From: Moniliella sp. 'wahieum'
Taxonomy: Eukaryota
NCBI GenBank assembly: GCA_003971905.1
Contig: RSEE01000029.1
Span: 310,001-374,000 of the forward strand
Direction: 5' to 3'
Length of the DNA stretch: 64,000 nucleotides
Shown here: positions 50,088 to 63,717 of the stretch, one piece after another
Layout: each line of letters opens with the position of its first letter
How positions within the stretch are numbered: position 1 is the first letter of the stretch
The notes under the pieces: generated by a model
What the model was told of the DNA's origin: nothing
Database searches by the model: none
The model's input: the letters and a program-made list of their open reading frames with translations, nothing else
Made by a program: the position numbers and the translations under genes

Positions 50088-53000
50088 ATGGCCAGCGCAG
50101 GCCCTCCGCCGCCTGGCGCCGCTGCCGCCCCGGCCGCCGTCAATCCCTTTAACACGGTCGTCCAGCCCTACGGCGCCCCAAGATCCTGCCGCCAGCACCG
50201 ACGGCTTCCTTGGCAACACGGGCTATTTTCCAGCGAACGCACCGCCCCCAGCAGCGACTCTCACGCAACCCAAACCAAGGCGCCTCTGTCATATCCCGTG
50301 TCAGCGGCCAACAGCAGCTATGCACCCAGCGCCACCGTCGTTGGCTCCACATACGCCAATCCTTTGGCGACGTGCCTGTCCGCCAGCGCGACCCCTATCC
50401 CGCATGGACTGCCGACCACAACATCCCACTCTCCAAGGAAGAGATCGAGGACATCTTTATTGATCTCGTCAACAAGTTTGGATTCCAGCGCGACTCGATG
50501 CGCAACATGTACGACCACCTCATGATCCTCCTGATAGCCGCGCTAGTCGCATGAGCCCATCCTTGGCCCTTGCAACGCTGCACGCCGACTACATTGGGGG
50601 CGAGCATGCCAACTATCGCAAGTGGTACTTTGCCTCCCAACTCGACCTGGACGACGCAATTGGCAAGGCTCAAAACCCTGGCTTAAGTCGCGCCACCAGC
50701 CTCCGGCGCCCTGCCAACCCCTCGAGCCGGAGCGCGATGCAGACCGCAAGCGCTAAAAGCCTCCAAACGGCTTCAACTCGCTGGCGTGAAGCGATGCATC
50801 GCATGAACGACTACGACCGCCTTCGCCAAATTGCCCTTTGGCTTTTGTGTTGGGGTGAGGGTGGACAGGTTCGTTTGTGCCCGAGTGCCTCTGCTTCATC
50901 TTCAAGTGTGCGGATGATTACTATCGTCCAGAGTGCCAAGAGCGTCTCGACCCAGTCCCCGAGGGCCTTTTCCTCCGCGCCGTTGTTCGTCCATTGTACC
51001 GCTTCCTCCGCGACCAGATTTTCGAGGTGATCGATGGCAAGTTTGTCAAGAAGGAAAAGGACCACGATCATATCATTGGGTACGACGATGTCAACCAGCT
51101 CTTCTGGTACCCTGAAGGTATTTCCCGTCATTCTCCAGGACAAGACTCGCCTTGTCGACATTGCTCCGCAGCAGCGTTTCATGAAGTTTGACAAAATCGA
51201 CTGGAACAATGTTTTCTTCAAGAACTATCGCGAGGCCCGTTCCTGGGGCCATGTGCTCGTCAATTTCAACCATCTGGATCCTTCATATTGCCGTCTTCTG
51301 GTTCTACACTGCGTGCGTCTCCTGTCTCCCCCCTTTTCTTCCCCCGATGCATACTGACTCTCGCCTGTCTCTTTCAGTGCCAACGCCCCCAAAGCATACA
51401 CCGACCAGGTACCTTCGGTGGCACAAAAATTGACCGCATCCGGTCTTGGTGGTGCCGTGGCTGTTGTCATCATGCTCCTCGCCACACTGAGCGAGTGGCG
51501 ATACGTGGCCACGAACAAGCACAACAACTCGCACCTCCTCACTCGCACGTTCTTTCTTCTGATCTGCCTGGCCCTCACCATCGCCCCTGCTGTCTATGTC
51601 CATGGATTCACTCACTCGGGCACCGTGCCGAACATCATTGGCTACGTTCATATTTGCGTTTCCGCTGTGATCACGGCTTTCTTGGCCATCGTGCCCAGCG
51701 GGCGCATGTTTGGGGATCGCGTGGCTGGCAAAGCACGCAAGTACCTGGCTAGCCAGACATTTACGGCTTCATATCCTGGGTTGTCTCTTTCGCACCGCAT
51801 AGCCAGTATCGGGCTTTGGGTTTTGGTCTTCGGGTGCAAGCTGACCGAGTCGTACTTTTTCCTCACTCTTTCGTTCCGGGATCCTTTTGCCATTATGGTA
51901 CGGATGACTGTGCAAAATTGCGATGACCGTTACTTTGGGCACGGATTGTGCAAGAACCAGCCTATGTTCGCTCTGGTCATTATGATCATCATGGACTGTG
52001 TCCTCTTCTTCCTCGACACGTATCTCTGGCACGTAATTTGGAGTACCGTCTTCAGTATCGGCTGGGCGTTCCGTATGGGCATCTCCATTTGGACTCCATG
52101 GAGTGACGTATACCAGCGTGCCCAAACGGATCTACTCAAGCTTCTTGCTACAGCTGATATGGAGGTCAAGTACAAGCCCAAGATTCTCGTCTCTCAAGTA
52201 TGGAACGCTGTGATTATTTCCATGTACCGCGAGCACCTCTTGAGCATCGAGCATGTCCAACGACTGCTGTATCACCAAGTTCCTATGGACGACGGGAAGC
52301 GTATGCTCCGAGCACCAGCGTTCTTTATTAGTCAGAAAGACAAGGGCGCCAAACCCGAGTTTTTCCCCAAGGGATCAGAGGCAGATCGGCGGATCAGCTT
52401 CTTTGCCCAGTCACTCACCCTTGACCTGCCTGAGCCCATCCCTATTGATGCCATGCCTACTTTTACCGTTCTGACGCCCCACTATTCCGAAAAGATTCTT
52501 CTGTCGCTTCGTGAGATTATCCGCGAGGAGGATCAGAACACCCGGGTCACCCTTCTCGAATACCTCAAGCAGCTCCATCCGATTGAATGGGACAACTTTG
52601 TCAAGGACACCAAAATTCTCGCGGAAGAGTCGGCGGCATTTGCCGGCAGCTCACCCTTCGTTGATGAAAAGGGGTCGAGCCGGAGTAAAAAGACGGACGA
52701 CCTGCCCTTCTACTGCATTGGATTCAAGAGCGCGGCACCCGAGTACACTCTCCGCACTCGTATCTGGGCGTCATTGCGGGCGCAGACGGTCTACCGCACA
52801 GTTTCAGGTTTCATGAACTATGCCAAAGCAATCAAATTGCTCTACCGTGTGAGAACCCCGAAGTGGTTCAGCTCTTTGGAGGAAACACGGAAAAGCTGGA
52901 GCGAGAGCTGGAGCGCATGAGCCGTCGCAAGTTTAAGTATGTCATTACGATGCAGCGCTATTCCAAGTTCAACAAGGAGGAACAAGAGAATGCCGAGTTC

Positions 53001-55462
53001 CTTCTGCGTGCCTACCCTGATCTCCAGATCGCCTTCCTGGATGAGGAAGCACCCCGTAAGGAGGGAGGCGAATCTCGCTGGTTCTCTTGCTTGGTCGATG
53101 GTCACAGCGAAGTGTTCCCCAACGGCAAGCGTCGTCCCAAATTTAAGATTGAGCTCCCGGGTAATCCCATTCTAGGTGACGGCAAATCGGACAACCAGAA
53201 CCACGCCATCGTTTTCCACCGCGGCGAGTATGTGCAGGTGATTGACGCCAACCAGGACAATTACTTGGAAGAGTGCCTCAAGATTCGATCGGTCCTCGGT
53301 GAGTTCGAGTCGTTTACCGTTTCCAACGCCGACCCGTATGGGAAGAATCACATGGAGCATAGCAAGAACCCCGTCGCCATTCTCGGTGCGCGCGAGTATA
53401 TCTACTCGGAAAACATTGGCTTGCTTGGTGACAATGCGGCTGGTAAGGAGCAAACGTTTGGTACGCTCTCGGGGCGTGGATTGGCACAAATTGGCGGCAA
53501 ATTGCATTATGGACACCCTGACTTCCTCAACGCGATCTTCATGACGACTCGGGGCGGTGTGTCCAAGGCCCAAAAGGGGCTGCACCTCAACGAAGATATT
53601 TACGCTGGTATGACGGCTTTCTCCCGTGGTGGCAGAATCAAGCACTGCGAGTATTATCAGTGTGGCAAGGGGCGCGACTTGGGCTTTGGCACCATTCTCA
53701 ACTTTACTACCAAATTGGGTAACGGTATGGGCGAGCAATTCCTCTCGCGCGAGTACTACTACATGGGCACCCAGTTGCCCATGGACCGTTTCCTCACATT
53801 TTACTATGGCCACCCCGGGTTTACTCTCAACAACTGCATGGTCATTGGCAGTATGCAACTGTTGATGCTGGCGATGGTGTACATTGGTACGCTTAACAGT
53901 ACCCTGGCCGTCTGCAGGGTGACCGACGACAACTTTATCATCGGTACCAATGGCTGCTACTACCTAAACCCCGTCTTTGCCTGGGTCAAACGCACCATCG
54001 TCTCCATCTTCCTTGTGTTTGCGATTGCCTTCCTCCCACTCTTTATGACGGAGCTGTGCGAGCGGGTGCAGTGTCGGCAGCGGTACGTCTGTTGAAGCAG
54101 TTCCTCTCCCTTTCGCCCATCTTCGAAGTCTTCTCGACCCAGATTTACTCCTCCTCCCTCATTTCGAACTTGACATTTGGAGGGGCACGGTACATTGCCA
54201 CCGGCCGTGGGTTCGCTACGACCCGTCAAGCTTTGCCCTTCTTTTTAGCCGCTTTGCCGGGCCATCGATCTACATGGGGACTCGTCTTACCCTGTTGCTA
54301 CTTTACGTGACGCTCACGTTGTGGATTCCTCACTTGATTTAGTAAGTCCGACCGCACCCTCTGTTGATGGCCATCTCTGACCATCTTTCTAGCTTCTGGA
54401 TCTCCATCACGGCCCTTGTCATTGCTCCTTTCGTCTTTAATCCCCATCAATTCTCTGCTGCCGACTTCTTCATTGACTACCGCGAATTCCTCCGTTGGAT
54501 GAGCCGCGGGAACAGTCGTGCCCACGCCAACAGCTGGGTGGGTTACTGTCGTCTGAGCCGGACCAAGGTGACCGGGTACAAGAAGAAACGTCTCGGCCAT
54601 CCATCGGAGAAGTTGGCGGGAGATGTACCGCGTGCGAGTGGCGGACGATCCTGTTTGTCGAATGTCTTTTCCCCGTTTGCACCGCGATCATCTTTGTGGT
54701 GGCCTACTCCTTTGTCAAGTCGTTCCACGGCCCCAACTCTCCCCCACAGGGCGCCATCACTCGGATCCTCATCTTTGCGCTCTGCCCGCTGGCCTGGAAC
54801 GCAGCAGTGCTTCTGGTCGGGTTCGTTATCAGTTTGACCATGGGGCCTGCACTGAGCAACAGCTGTGTTAAATTTGGCTCGTACGTCGCCTCCATTGCGC
54901 ATTTCCTCGCTGTAGTGGGGATGATCTTCTTTTTCGAATTCTTCTGGGTGCTGGAGATGTGGGACGCGAGCCATGCCGTGTTGGGGTTGATTGCGGTGGT
55001 CGCCATCCAGCGCGCCATTTTCAAGATCCTGATCGCGCTTGTCCTGTCGCGTGAGATGAAGAATGATGAGACCAACGGGCGTGGTGGACAGGTCGGTGGT
55101 ACGGGCGTGGTCTTGGCGGTCACGCCTGGAGTCAACCGTTGCGTGAATTCGTCGTCAAGATCATTGAGATGGGCAGCTACTCGGGTGACTTTGTCCTGTG
55201 TCATTTGATCCTCTTTGCTCTGTCGGTACCCCTGCTGATCCCATTTGTCAACCGGATCCATTCGATGGGTCTCTTCTGGCTGCGCCCGAGCCGGCAGATT
55301 CACCAGCCCATCTTTTCCATGCGCCAGAGAAAGCAACGTCGCTCAATTGTTGTCCGCTTTGGTCTGATTTTCCTCGTCGCCTTTGGCGTGTTTGTCGCCC
55401 TCCTCGCTGTCCCACTGGCCCTGCGCAGCTCGACCACCCTGCACCCCAACTTGCAGATCTAA
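50088..55462 (+). CDS. FKS1: 1,3-beta-D-glucan synthase catalytic subunit
   Basis: [109 protein letters not shown]. Introns 51313-51377 and 54342-54392; several frameshifts. Confidence 0.98.
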
Positions 55463-55963
55463 TCTGCTCCCTGCCCCGATCTATGTTTCTGTCATGCATC
55501 ATGCAGCTTTCTTATCTCTTACCCCCCCCCCCCCCCCTGCCACCTCGGGTCCCCGTTCCCTCTCGACCGCACACCTTGGGTGGCCCTTTGTCGCCCTTCG
55601 CCCCTCAGGCCTCGTCCGGAAACTGCACTCGTCATCGCGCCATCATCGAAATCGTCCCCCCATCCCGTCATCACCCTGGAATTCCAACATCATCTATATC
55701 TGTAGCACAACCACTCTGCCTATCACACGGCTTTCTCTTTCTCTTTTCCCTTCTCTCTGCCCGCACTTCGCGTCCCCCCCGCCCCCTCCCTCTCCTCCCC
55801 CTCCCCTCCTCCCCACGTTCTCTCTTCGTTGCAATACGGCATTCTGTTTGCCGATACTCAGGACTCGGTACTTGCATCCTGTCTTTCTTTGACCCTATAT
55901 AGCGTGCAAGCATCTGTTTCCCTTGATTCCTCTTCGTCGTCTCATCTCTGTGGTGCTTTTCTT

Positions 55964-55994
<31 letters not shown>

Positions 55995-56826
55995 CTCTAT
56001 TCGTTCTACATCCCGAGCTTAGCCCGGCCCTTCCGCCCTTTCCTCTGTGCGTTGGGTCCCCTCGCCCCCCAATGGACCTTCGGCTGTTCCTACCTTGGGT
56101 TAGCGCCAATTTGGCTCGCTTCCTCTCCCCCCGTCGGTCACTGTGTACTTTGATGAGATTGTCAGAGGCGAATGGGATCTCAGATCTCTCTTCGCACCGG
56201 TCAGCACCGGTGGTTGTAGGTGACTAGGCGGGGGACGGGAACATTGCGCCGCGACCAACTGGCCCCGCCATCGACCATCAGATCCAGGTGGCCCCTACTA
56301 ACTCAAACAGAGCCCCGGACCCGACGAGGCAACCAAAGACGGCTGCCTACAACACTAGGGAGCTGATCAGGAGGGTGACCGTTCAGGAGGACGTTGCACT
56401 CAAGGAGGAGGGAGTGGAAGCTGGTCCGGTCATCCGCTCCCCGCTCAGGTCAGGCCGGTCATGGAGAAGACAGTTGGAGAAGCGATGCCATGCACAGAAG
56501 CAACGCAAAGCACAGGCGCGCGGACAGCACAGCGGCCCACAGTGTTAGCGTCGCACAGGGCCTCGTTAGGCGTAGGTCAAGCCATGGTCCATACGTCACA
56601 TGTCGCATGTCGCCACAGGAGCTTCGTTTGCAGCGGCTCGGTGACTCATGCATCACGCATCGTGTGACTCGCTGACTTCGATCATCTTGGTTTGAAAGTT
56701 CAACACGTACCGCACGGCGCTAAAAAAGGTTTCCCCATCGTCGCTGCGTCGACATCGAGCCTAGCGTTTGGTACCTTCAGGTGTACATCCATCAGCAGCA
56801 CTCGCTCATCGGCTTCTCCAACTCGG

Positions 56827-58334
56827 ATGGGCAAAGTCAGCCTGTTCCTAAGCACGGCGACACAGGCGTCCCTGATCGCCTTCGCTGCTATCTGGGGCAC
56901 GCTCGCCCGCGAGGGTCTCAATGCGGTCGCCAGCTTCGATGGCCAGCCGCTGGCGGAACCTGTGTTGTGGGCCCAAGCAGTTGGGTGCCTTATCATGGGC
57001 TGGGCGGCGGCCAACAAGGACGTGCTAGATCTTCCGCGTGCTGTCAAACTCAGTGCTAACAAGGTCGACATTTTCGGCAATGGTTGCCGCCCGGGTAAGA
57101 AGCTTCCGACCTTGGGGGTGCATGTGGCAATCACAACTGGCTTTTGTGGATCGGTCACCACATTTTCCACGTGGATCTTGCAAGACTTTTTGGCCTTCTC
57201 CAACCATGGCCTGTACCACCGCTCGGGCTTTTTCAGCTTTGTAGATGGCGTAACGCAGCTCTTCTTGACACCAGTCGTCTCGCTGATGTGCCTCCACGTT
57301 GGTATCCTCTCCGGACGCACATGGCTTTCCCTTCACAACATCCTTTGTACTTTGCGTAACCCGCGCGCCCATCTTCAAAAAGTGGCGCATCTCGATATCA
57401 TTGATCAGACCCCTCAACTGATTGAACTACCTAATCAAAGGGGTCTATACACGAACACAGGAAAAGGCACCGATCCTGCTGTCCAAGAATCTGGTTCAAG
57501 CCTCAGCCAAAACGCGTCGGCCCTGCCAAATCAGCAGCCAACGAGGACTGGTACCCATCACAGCTTGGCCGCTCCGGAATCCAACGCGCACGTTGAGGAA
57601 CCGTGCCAAGAGGACGAAGACTCTGAGATCGGTAAGGAGTTAACCCGCCCAAGGACCATTCAAGTCAGCTGGGTGTATAACTGGTGGGCGCGCGCCACCA
57701 CCGTCCTTGCCGTCGTTATCGGACCTTTGTTCTGGATCGGCTCGGGGTTACTGGTAGCGTTGTACGACAACCCTCGCTGGCGGCACGTTTCTTGGGCTTT
57801 ACTCTTTGCTCCCATCGGCGCTTGGACCGATGGCAGTTGAGCGTATGGTACAATCCATCCCGCCCCCCTCTGATTTCCTGCCAGGGGAGAAGATTCCCAA
57901 GAGAGAGAGGCGCATGTACGTCTACCGCCGCTTCCGCCGCAAGGTCGCGTGGCCCTTGGGTACTTGATCGCACAAAGTGCTAGCTACCGCTGTCCTGGCG
58001 GGGTTGTACACCGCTCAACATATTGACACCCATGCGCCCGCTGCCGTACAAGTGAGATGGCCCATCTTCCGCCCCCTGGCGGCCCGCCAGCAGCTTTTCG
58101 CTGGGTGCGGGGCCTGTACGGGGTTGAGGAGGGCTTTTGCGCTTGTCTCAGTACCATCTCCACCTCACGATGGAGCTGAATAATACCGCCCGCGCCGCAA
58201 GGCGGCTATACGCGTCGATTCGTATGCGATGGCGATGCTGTTCTGTATCTCCTCGTTGGTATACGACATGGGTGTTCGACTCCCAAGGTAAGACGGCGTA
58301 TGGCCCGACCAGGTGCCCTTCGCTCAAGTATTGA
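56827..58334 (+). CDS. FEX1: Fluoride export channel FEX (tandem Fluc/CrcB domains)
   Basis: AAIWGTLAREGL, WAQAVGCLIMG, TTGFCGSVTTFSTW (Fluc GFCGxxTTFS motif). Second domain LLFAPIGAW(T)RWQLS and GFCACLSTIST, recoverable only across frameshifts. Confidence 0.88.
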
Positions 58335-58727
58335 GCGAAGGTCCTTTGTCTCTTGATGTGCAGATAACCCAATCGTGCATCGGGGGAGGTGCCTCCCTTC
58401 CAGGATGTCGATCCTCTTCAATTCGATCTTAACGTCTTTAACGCTGAAGATGCGTCTAAGGGTCTGGGATGATCGATCATTCCCATCAGTCAGATGTATT
58501 AGCTTCCGTTGCTTGCCGGTTTGGACGAGCCGAGGCATTCTTTACTTTTAACATTTCGTTTAGTCACCTCGCTGCCTCACAATCTCGTTCATGAATCAAC
58601 AAGTGGTAGTATATATGACTACGAAGTGTCGATTCTTTCTATCCATATGAATAGATGCATGTACAGGGAGGGGGGATCCGAATCTTTCTTTATACACAGA
58701 GGTACAAAAATTCAGTGGGGCGGTTGC

Positions 58728-60116
58728 TCAGATCTGGAGCTTGCCCAGGACCTTGGGTGGATTGTTCTGAAGAGTAGCAGTCGAGGCCAGCGTAGGTAGA
58801 TGTAGGCTCGGCCTCTTCGATGCGGAGGAGTTGGTGTACTTGGCCACACGTTCTGAGCGAGCCAGGGCACCGACTTGATTAAGCCAGCGCCAATTCCGAC
58901 GACCAAATCAGCAATTGATGTGTCTTCCGTTCACCCGACCGTGGTGCGACACCATCACAGTCCACCCCTGCGACTGGGCCAGCTGCGAGGCCTGAATCGA
59001 TTCAGTGATTGTGCCAATCTGGTTGATCTTGAGCAGAAGTCCATTGGCCGCCTTTTTCTCGATCGCCACCTGATGCGCTCTACATTGGTACCAGAAGTCG
59101 TCGCCAAGGACCGTGACAGGGGAAATGGCACGGAAGGGGTCCATGCGTCCCAATCGTCTTCTGCAAATGGGTCCTCAATAGGATGATCGGGTATTCTTGA
59201 GGTAACCAAGGTAACGTCGGCTAGCTGTTTGCCAGTAAGCCATTGGTGGGGTCCGACTTGGGATTCTTAAAGTCCAGATCGTACTTGCGTCGTGGTAAAA
59301 CTCAGACGAAGCAGGGTCAATGGCAATGTGGACCTTGCCCGTGTAGCCGGCCTTCTCAATCGCAGACACAAGAGGTCCAGTGCCTCATCAGCGGATTGAA
59401 CGTGGGTGCAAACCCACCTCGTCACCGACGTTGGTCGCGTCAAGCCATAATTGCCTTGATGACCGACTTGAGGTTTGGTACACTCCGTGTTGATACGCAT
59501 CGCCTCTTTGAAGTTCGGGCACCGGTGGGCACAATCATAAACTCCTGGAACGCGAGACGGTTTCCCGCGTGCTGGCCACCATTGATCACGTTGCCAAATA
59601 GTAGGAATAATGTAGGGGCCTTGAGGCCCGCAAGTGCAGCAAAGTATGGTGAAGCTGCAGCCCTTTCTCTGCCGCCAGCCTTGGCGACCCCGAGGGACAC
59701 GCCCAAAATGGCATTGGCGCCAAGCTTAGCCTTGTTGGGGTTGCCATCGAGTTTGTTGAGGAAGGTATCGATCGCTGCTTGCTCGGTGACCGGAATGCCC
59801 TCCTTGATCAAGGCCGGTGCAATAATGTCGTTTACGTTGGCCACAGCTTTGGGACACCCCTTGCCCATGTCGGCCGAGCCACCATCGCGGAGCTCAACGG
59901 CCTCGTGGACACCAGTCGAGGCACCCGATGGGAACAGGGCCGGAAGAGACCTTTGGCGGTTAGAAATGTCAACTTCGACCGTGGGGTTACCGCGCGAGTC
60001 GAACTTCGAAGTTGGAAGGTTAGTTGCAGAAGGGGGGGGGGCTGATGAGAGCGAAAGCGGCAGCAGCGGAGAGCGCGAACGTACAATTGGCGAGCAAAAA
60101 TGCTCTTGATAGACAT
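58728..60116 (-). CDS. ENO1: Enolase (phosphopyruvate hydratase)
   Basis: [21 protein letters not shown] (intron 60004-60084), [80 protein letters not shown]. Heavily frameshifted as read. Confidence 0.93.
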
Positions 60117-61135
60117 GGTTCTGGATATAATGGAGGGTGGAGTTGAGAAGAAAGATGGATACCGGGCAGATGCACCATCCTATAGTATCCTGTGCTTTAT
60201 ACCAAAAGCATTTTGGTATGCGTTACGCGCCTTACGCTTTATGCGAGAGAGGGTCCGAGCGGCCTGTGTACACGAGCAGTACCATATGTGAGGCGAGTAC
60301 TGGGTTAAGGTGGTCTGTGCGTATATATACTTGCTCGGCGAACTAGGTCAATGGGCCGTTGACTCCGCGGCGCACTTGGACTGTGCTCGGAGCAGAATTG
60401 CTGGGGGCGAACATGTTTCCACATTGATGGGCTTGAAGAGCTGAAGCTTGATGCCGGCCGGCCTGAGGGCTGAGGGCCAATAATAATTAATAAGGCCGAA
60501 GGCCTAAGGCCTAAGGGGCCTGAGGTGGCTTTAATGCTAGTGGCTTGTGACCATCCTCAGTCTGTTCGACCAGGCTCGGCCGCGGGGCCTGTACAGAAGT
60601 TAGCTGAGCGCCTCGCTATACTCAACCGGTCCTGAGGCCGGTCGGGTGTGGGGGCTTGTGGGGTAGGGGGTCATCTGCATGAGATCTGGGAGGCGGCAAA
60701 TGATTTAATGCTTTTAATGAGACTCGACAGGCCCCAATCCTTTTTGGGTATCGAGATGCCAGCGAATAGGGATGCAAGAAGGGTTAGACAGTGAGCGCGA
60801 TGATTACCATCGGTTGTGCTGGCTCCGAGCGAGGCCATAGCCAGTAGGAGATAGGATATAGGTGTGGAAAGTGGCACAAGAAAAGAGAACTTTTACTCTA
60901 TAATACTCTAATCCACCACATTGGTACAGGAAGCTTCGTATATAGGCAGGAACAGGGGAAACGCTCCTCCGCCCACCAAAGGTTAATGATCCAGCGTTTG
61001 TTGCACTTGACTTGCCCACCGAAGCAGGGGAAGTGCACCTAGAAGTTTTTTAGTATCGACGGAGAATCAGTCGCGTATAGGAGGGCATGGTGGTGTCGAA
61101 AAGAGAGGTCGTTTCCACTGTTCTGGTATTTTGAC

Positions 61136-62739
61136 TCAGGACGTAAATATGATACGGCTGAAAGAGGGACGGCCATAATTGAGGCAAAGCATGAGCCACA
61201 CTATCCCCCAGCCACGGTAGAGACTGCCCCATCCCTCTTCCCGCCTCATAGTAACGAGGCAGTTCCACAGCCCAGTGTAGGGCCGTGCAGTACGGAGCAC
61301 GACCGCCTTGGGGGCAGACGGAGTAGCCACTCCTTGTACCCAACGCCCGGGCGGAGCGGGAGTGCCTCCTTCCACGCCGGTGGTAAGGTCAAACTCCGTC
61401 TCGCTTCCGCTTTCGTCCCCTTCGATGCGATGCATCTGCAGGGGCTCCTTCGGGATTCGGGGCCCCCTGACTCGCCAATCGTACCATCGCTGTCTCCAAG
61501 GGCGAGACGATAGCGAAAAGACATAAAGTGCATAACCAACTGGTTAGCCTTAATTCATCCACAGCAGCAACAAACGAATGCCGCTGAACAACCGCGCACG
61601 CTCGGACCAGGCAGATTCACCCCCGAAGAACTCATGAAACTTCTGCAGGAATACGAGTTGCAGATCCGCGTATTTGTCCACATGTTTCTCTAAAAAGTCC
61701 TCAGCACCGTTCATCGACCAGTAGCTCAACAAGGGCACGAAAAACGAGAAAAGAAACACATGTATCGCCCACGCGGACGCTGCCCCAGGCAACGTCCAGA
61801 GAAGATAGGGCCGTTTGCGTTCCTCCTCTGTTAGTAGCAGCTTTAGGCTCTTGCATGGAGTACGAACATGCAAGGCATGAGTGGAGAGATAGGCGCTGGT
61901 GATCACTTGTCAGTCTCAACGGCAGTTGAAGGGAAGAGGGAGACGAACCGCGTCACGATAATACTGATTGGGAGCAAGGCCAAGTTGAAAACGGCCACAC
62001 TCATCGTAGTAAGAAACGGAAGAGATGATCCGACAAGCATAGGCACATGCCATCGCTCCCTTTCTTTTTGGATCTTCATTTTCATGGACGCCGACCACAT
62101 GAATAGGACCCGATCTCGTGAACCATTGGGAATCTCTTCTCCAGACACGGCATAGGGCCAGAGGGTCTCGTTGATTCGGGATGCAGTCAGCATGGAACGA
62201 ACTGGGCCGGTGCCATTTGAATCAAACTCATGGTAATATGTGGGAGGGAGTGTCACTAGGATGGCGTCAAGCTCGGATGGGGTAATGTGCGTGGTGAGGT
62301 TGGTGAAGTTACTCGGCATAGTTAGGGAGGTGACAGAGGAGTCGAGATCGGCACGGTGTCGCATGAGCGAAGGGTGAGCGACTAATTTCCAGAAGAGGAT
62401 AAGAAATAAGGCGCGCAGTGTCCACAACCGCACCCCGCGTAGAAGCCCGCGTACCCCCTCGGCGTTCCACGTGCGGATGAGCACACGGAGGACCGAAGTG
62501 GGTACAGCCGGCAAGTCCTGCTGGGGGGCAGCAGGGGCGAGGCTGCGTGGGGCCCAGTTGGCACGTGCCCGCACCAAAGATATGCGGAGCGGGTTTGCAA
62601 ACAGGCCAAATAGAACCAGGTTAAACACCACAGAAAGGATCGCCCCAATGGCATGGTTGATACCAACGACTTCTGCTTCAGACAGGTCGCTGTCAGGCAG
62701 CAAAGCGGCCGAGGTGGCGCTGCTGTTGATACTGGACAT
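61136..62739 (-). CDS. Atypical mitochondrial carrier (SLC25)-like membrane protein
   Basis: NPLRISLVRAR...VLRVLIRTWNAEGVRGLLRG and YTGLWNCLVTMRREEGWGSLYRG match the EG..GL.RG carrier signature, with several hydrophobic segments. Frameshifts and a possible intron near 61860-61905. Confidence 0.65.
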
Positions 62740-63717
62740 GCGCTTCTGCTATCCCGAAGGGTATCGATGGAGAGACGAGGGGTGGTGGGGTGGATGGTGG
62801 TTGGTGGTTGAAGGACATAGTAATAGGCTTGTTGCCCGAAGGGCTCAATGTACGCTTAATAACCGGCACAACCACGCGGCAACCGCACCAACCTGCATGC
62901 CACATGCCACATGTCACACGTGCCATTGCATACGTCATGATTTTTCCACCCCCACATGCAGTCGCAACGTTGCGCGTAAACTATACGGACCTCCATCAGC
63001 GCCATCAGTGCATCAGCCCATCAGTCGATGGACAGGGCAGGCATCACAAGCAGGAAGCGTGCAGTGTCCATTTGTTTGTGCCCGGGGGCCGCATCTCTGC
63101 TCTTTCCCCGCCAGCTGATGTATGCCTTCCCCGGGCAATTGCATCCTCCCGACACACTGTGCTTCTTCAATCCCTGCCTTAGTTGCTCCACGCCCACAGA
63201 GTTCCCTTCCGACAGCCCGCCTCTTTACTAGCGAGAGAGTCAGCGGACAATCCATACTGCTCCTCCGCTGCCCGTCATGGGAAAAGGGCTCATCGGAACG
63301 ATGCTTTCTTCCCGTCGCGCCCGGTCGTGGCCGAACCCTGTCCCCGTTGCGACCGACTGCGGTGCGTCAGTTTAAAGCCCTGGCGGGGCGTATTAATAGT
63401 CTTTACCTCTCCATGGAAAGTTCTCCGGCCCATGCACTTTGTCAATATTCAATTAACCCTCAAAAGGCTTGGTATTCACTTCCTCGGGTCCCTCCCTCAG
63501 AGCGATACCTGTACGCTTGTGCTCGCGCATGGTTATAGTCCTTCTATAGCCGAGCAGTTAGTCATTGTATTTTTGCCGAGCGGGTCTGCCCTCTGGTACC
63601 GGCCTCTAGCCGAGACAGTGCCCTCTGGTGCTTCCCTCAGGGAGAGACCCTTGTGCTCACGCTTAGTTAGTCAATGCACTACAAGCATCCCTGTCGTTCA
63701 TCGGCTGCTTGCTATCA

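Noticed and set aside
60042..60056. CTGATGA-GAGC-GAAA resembling a hammerhead ribozyme core
   Set aside because: No stem I and no stem III with the required UH cleavage site can be formed; it is simply antisense to the enolase intron.
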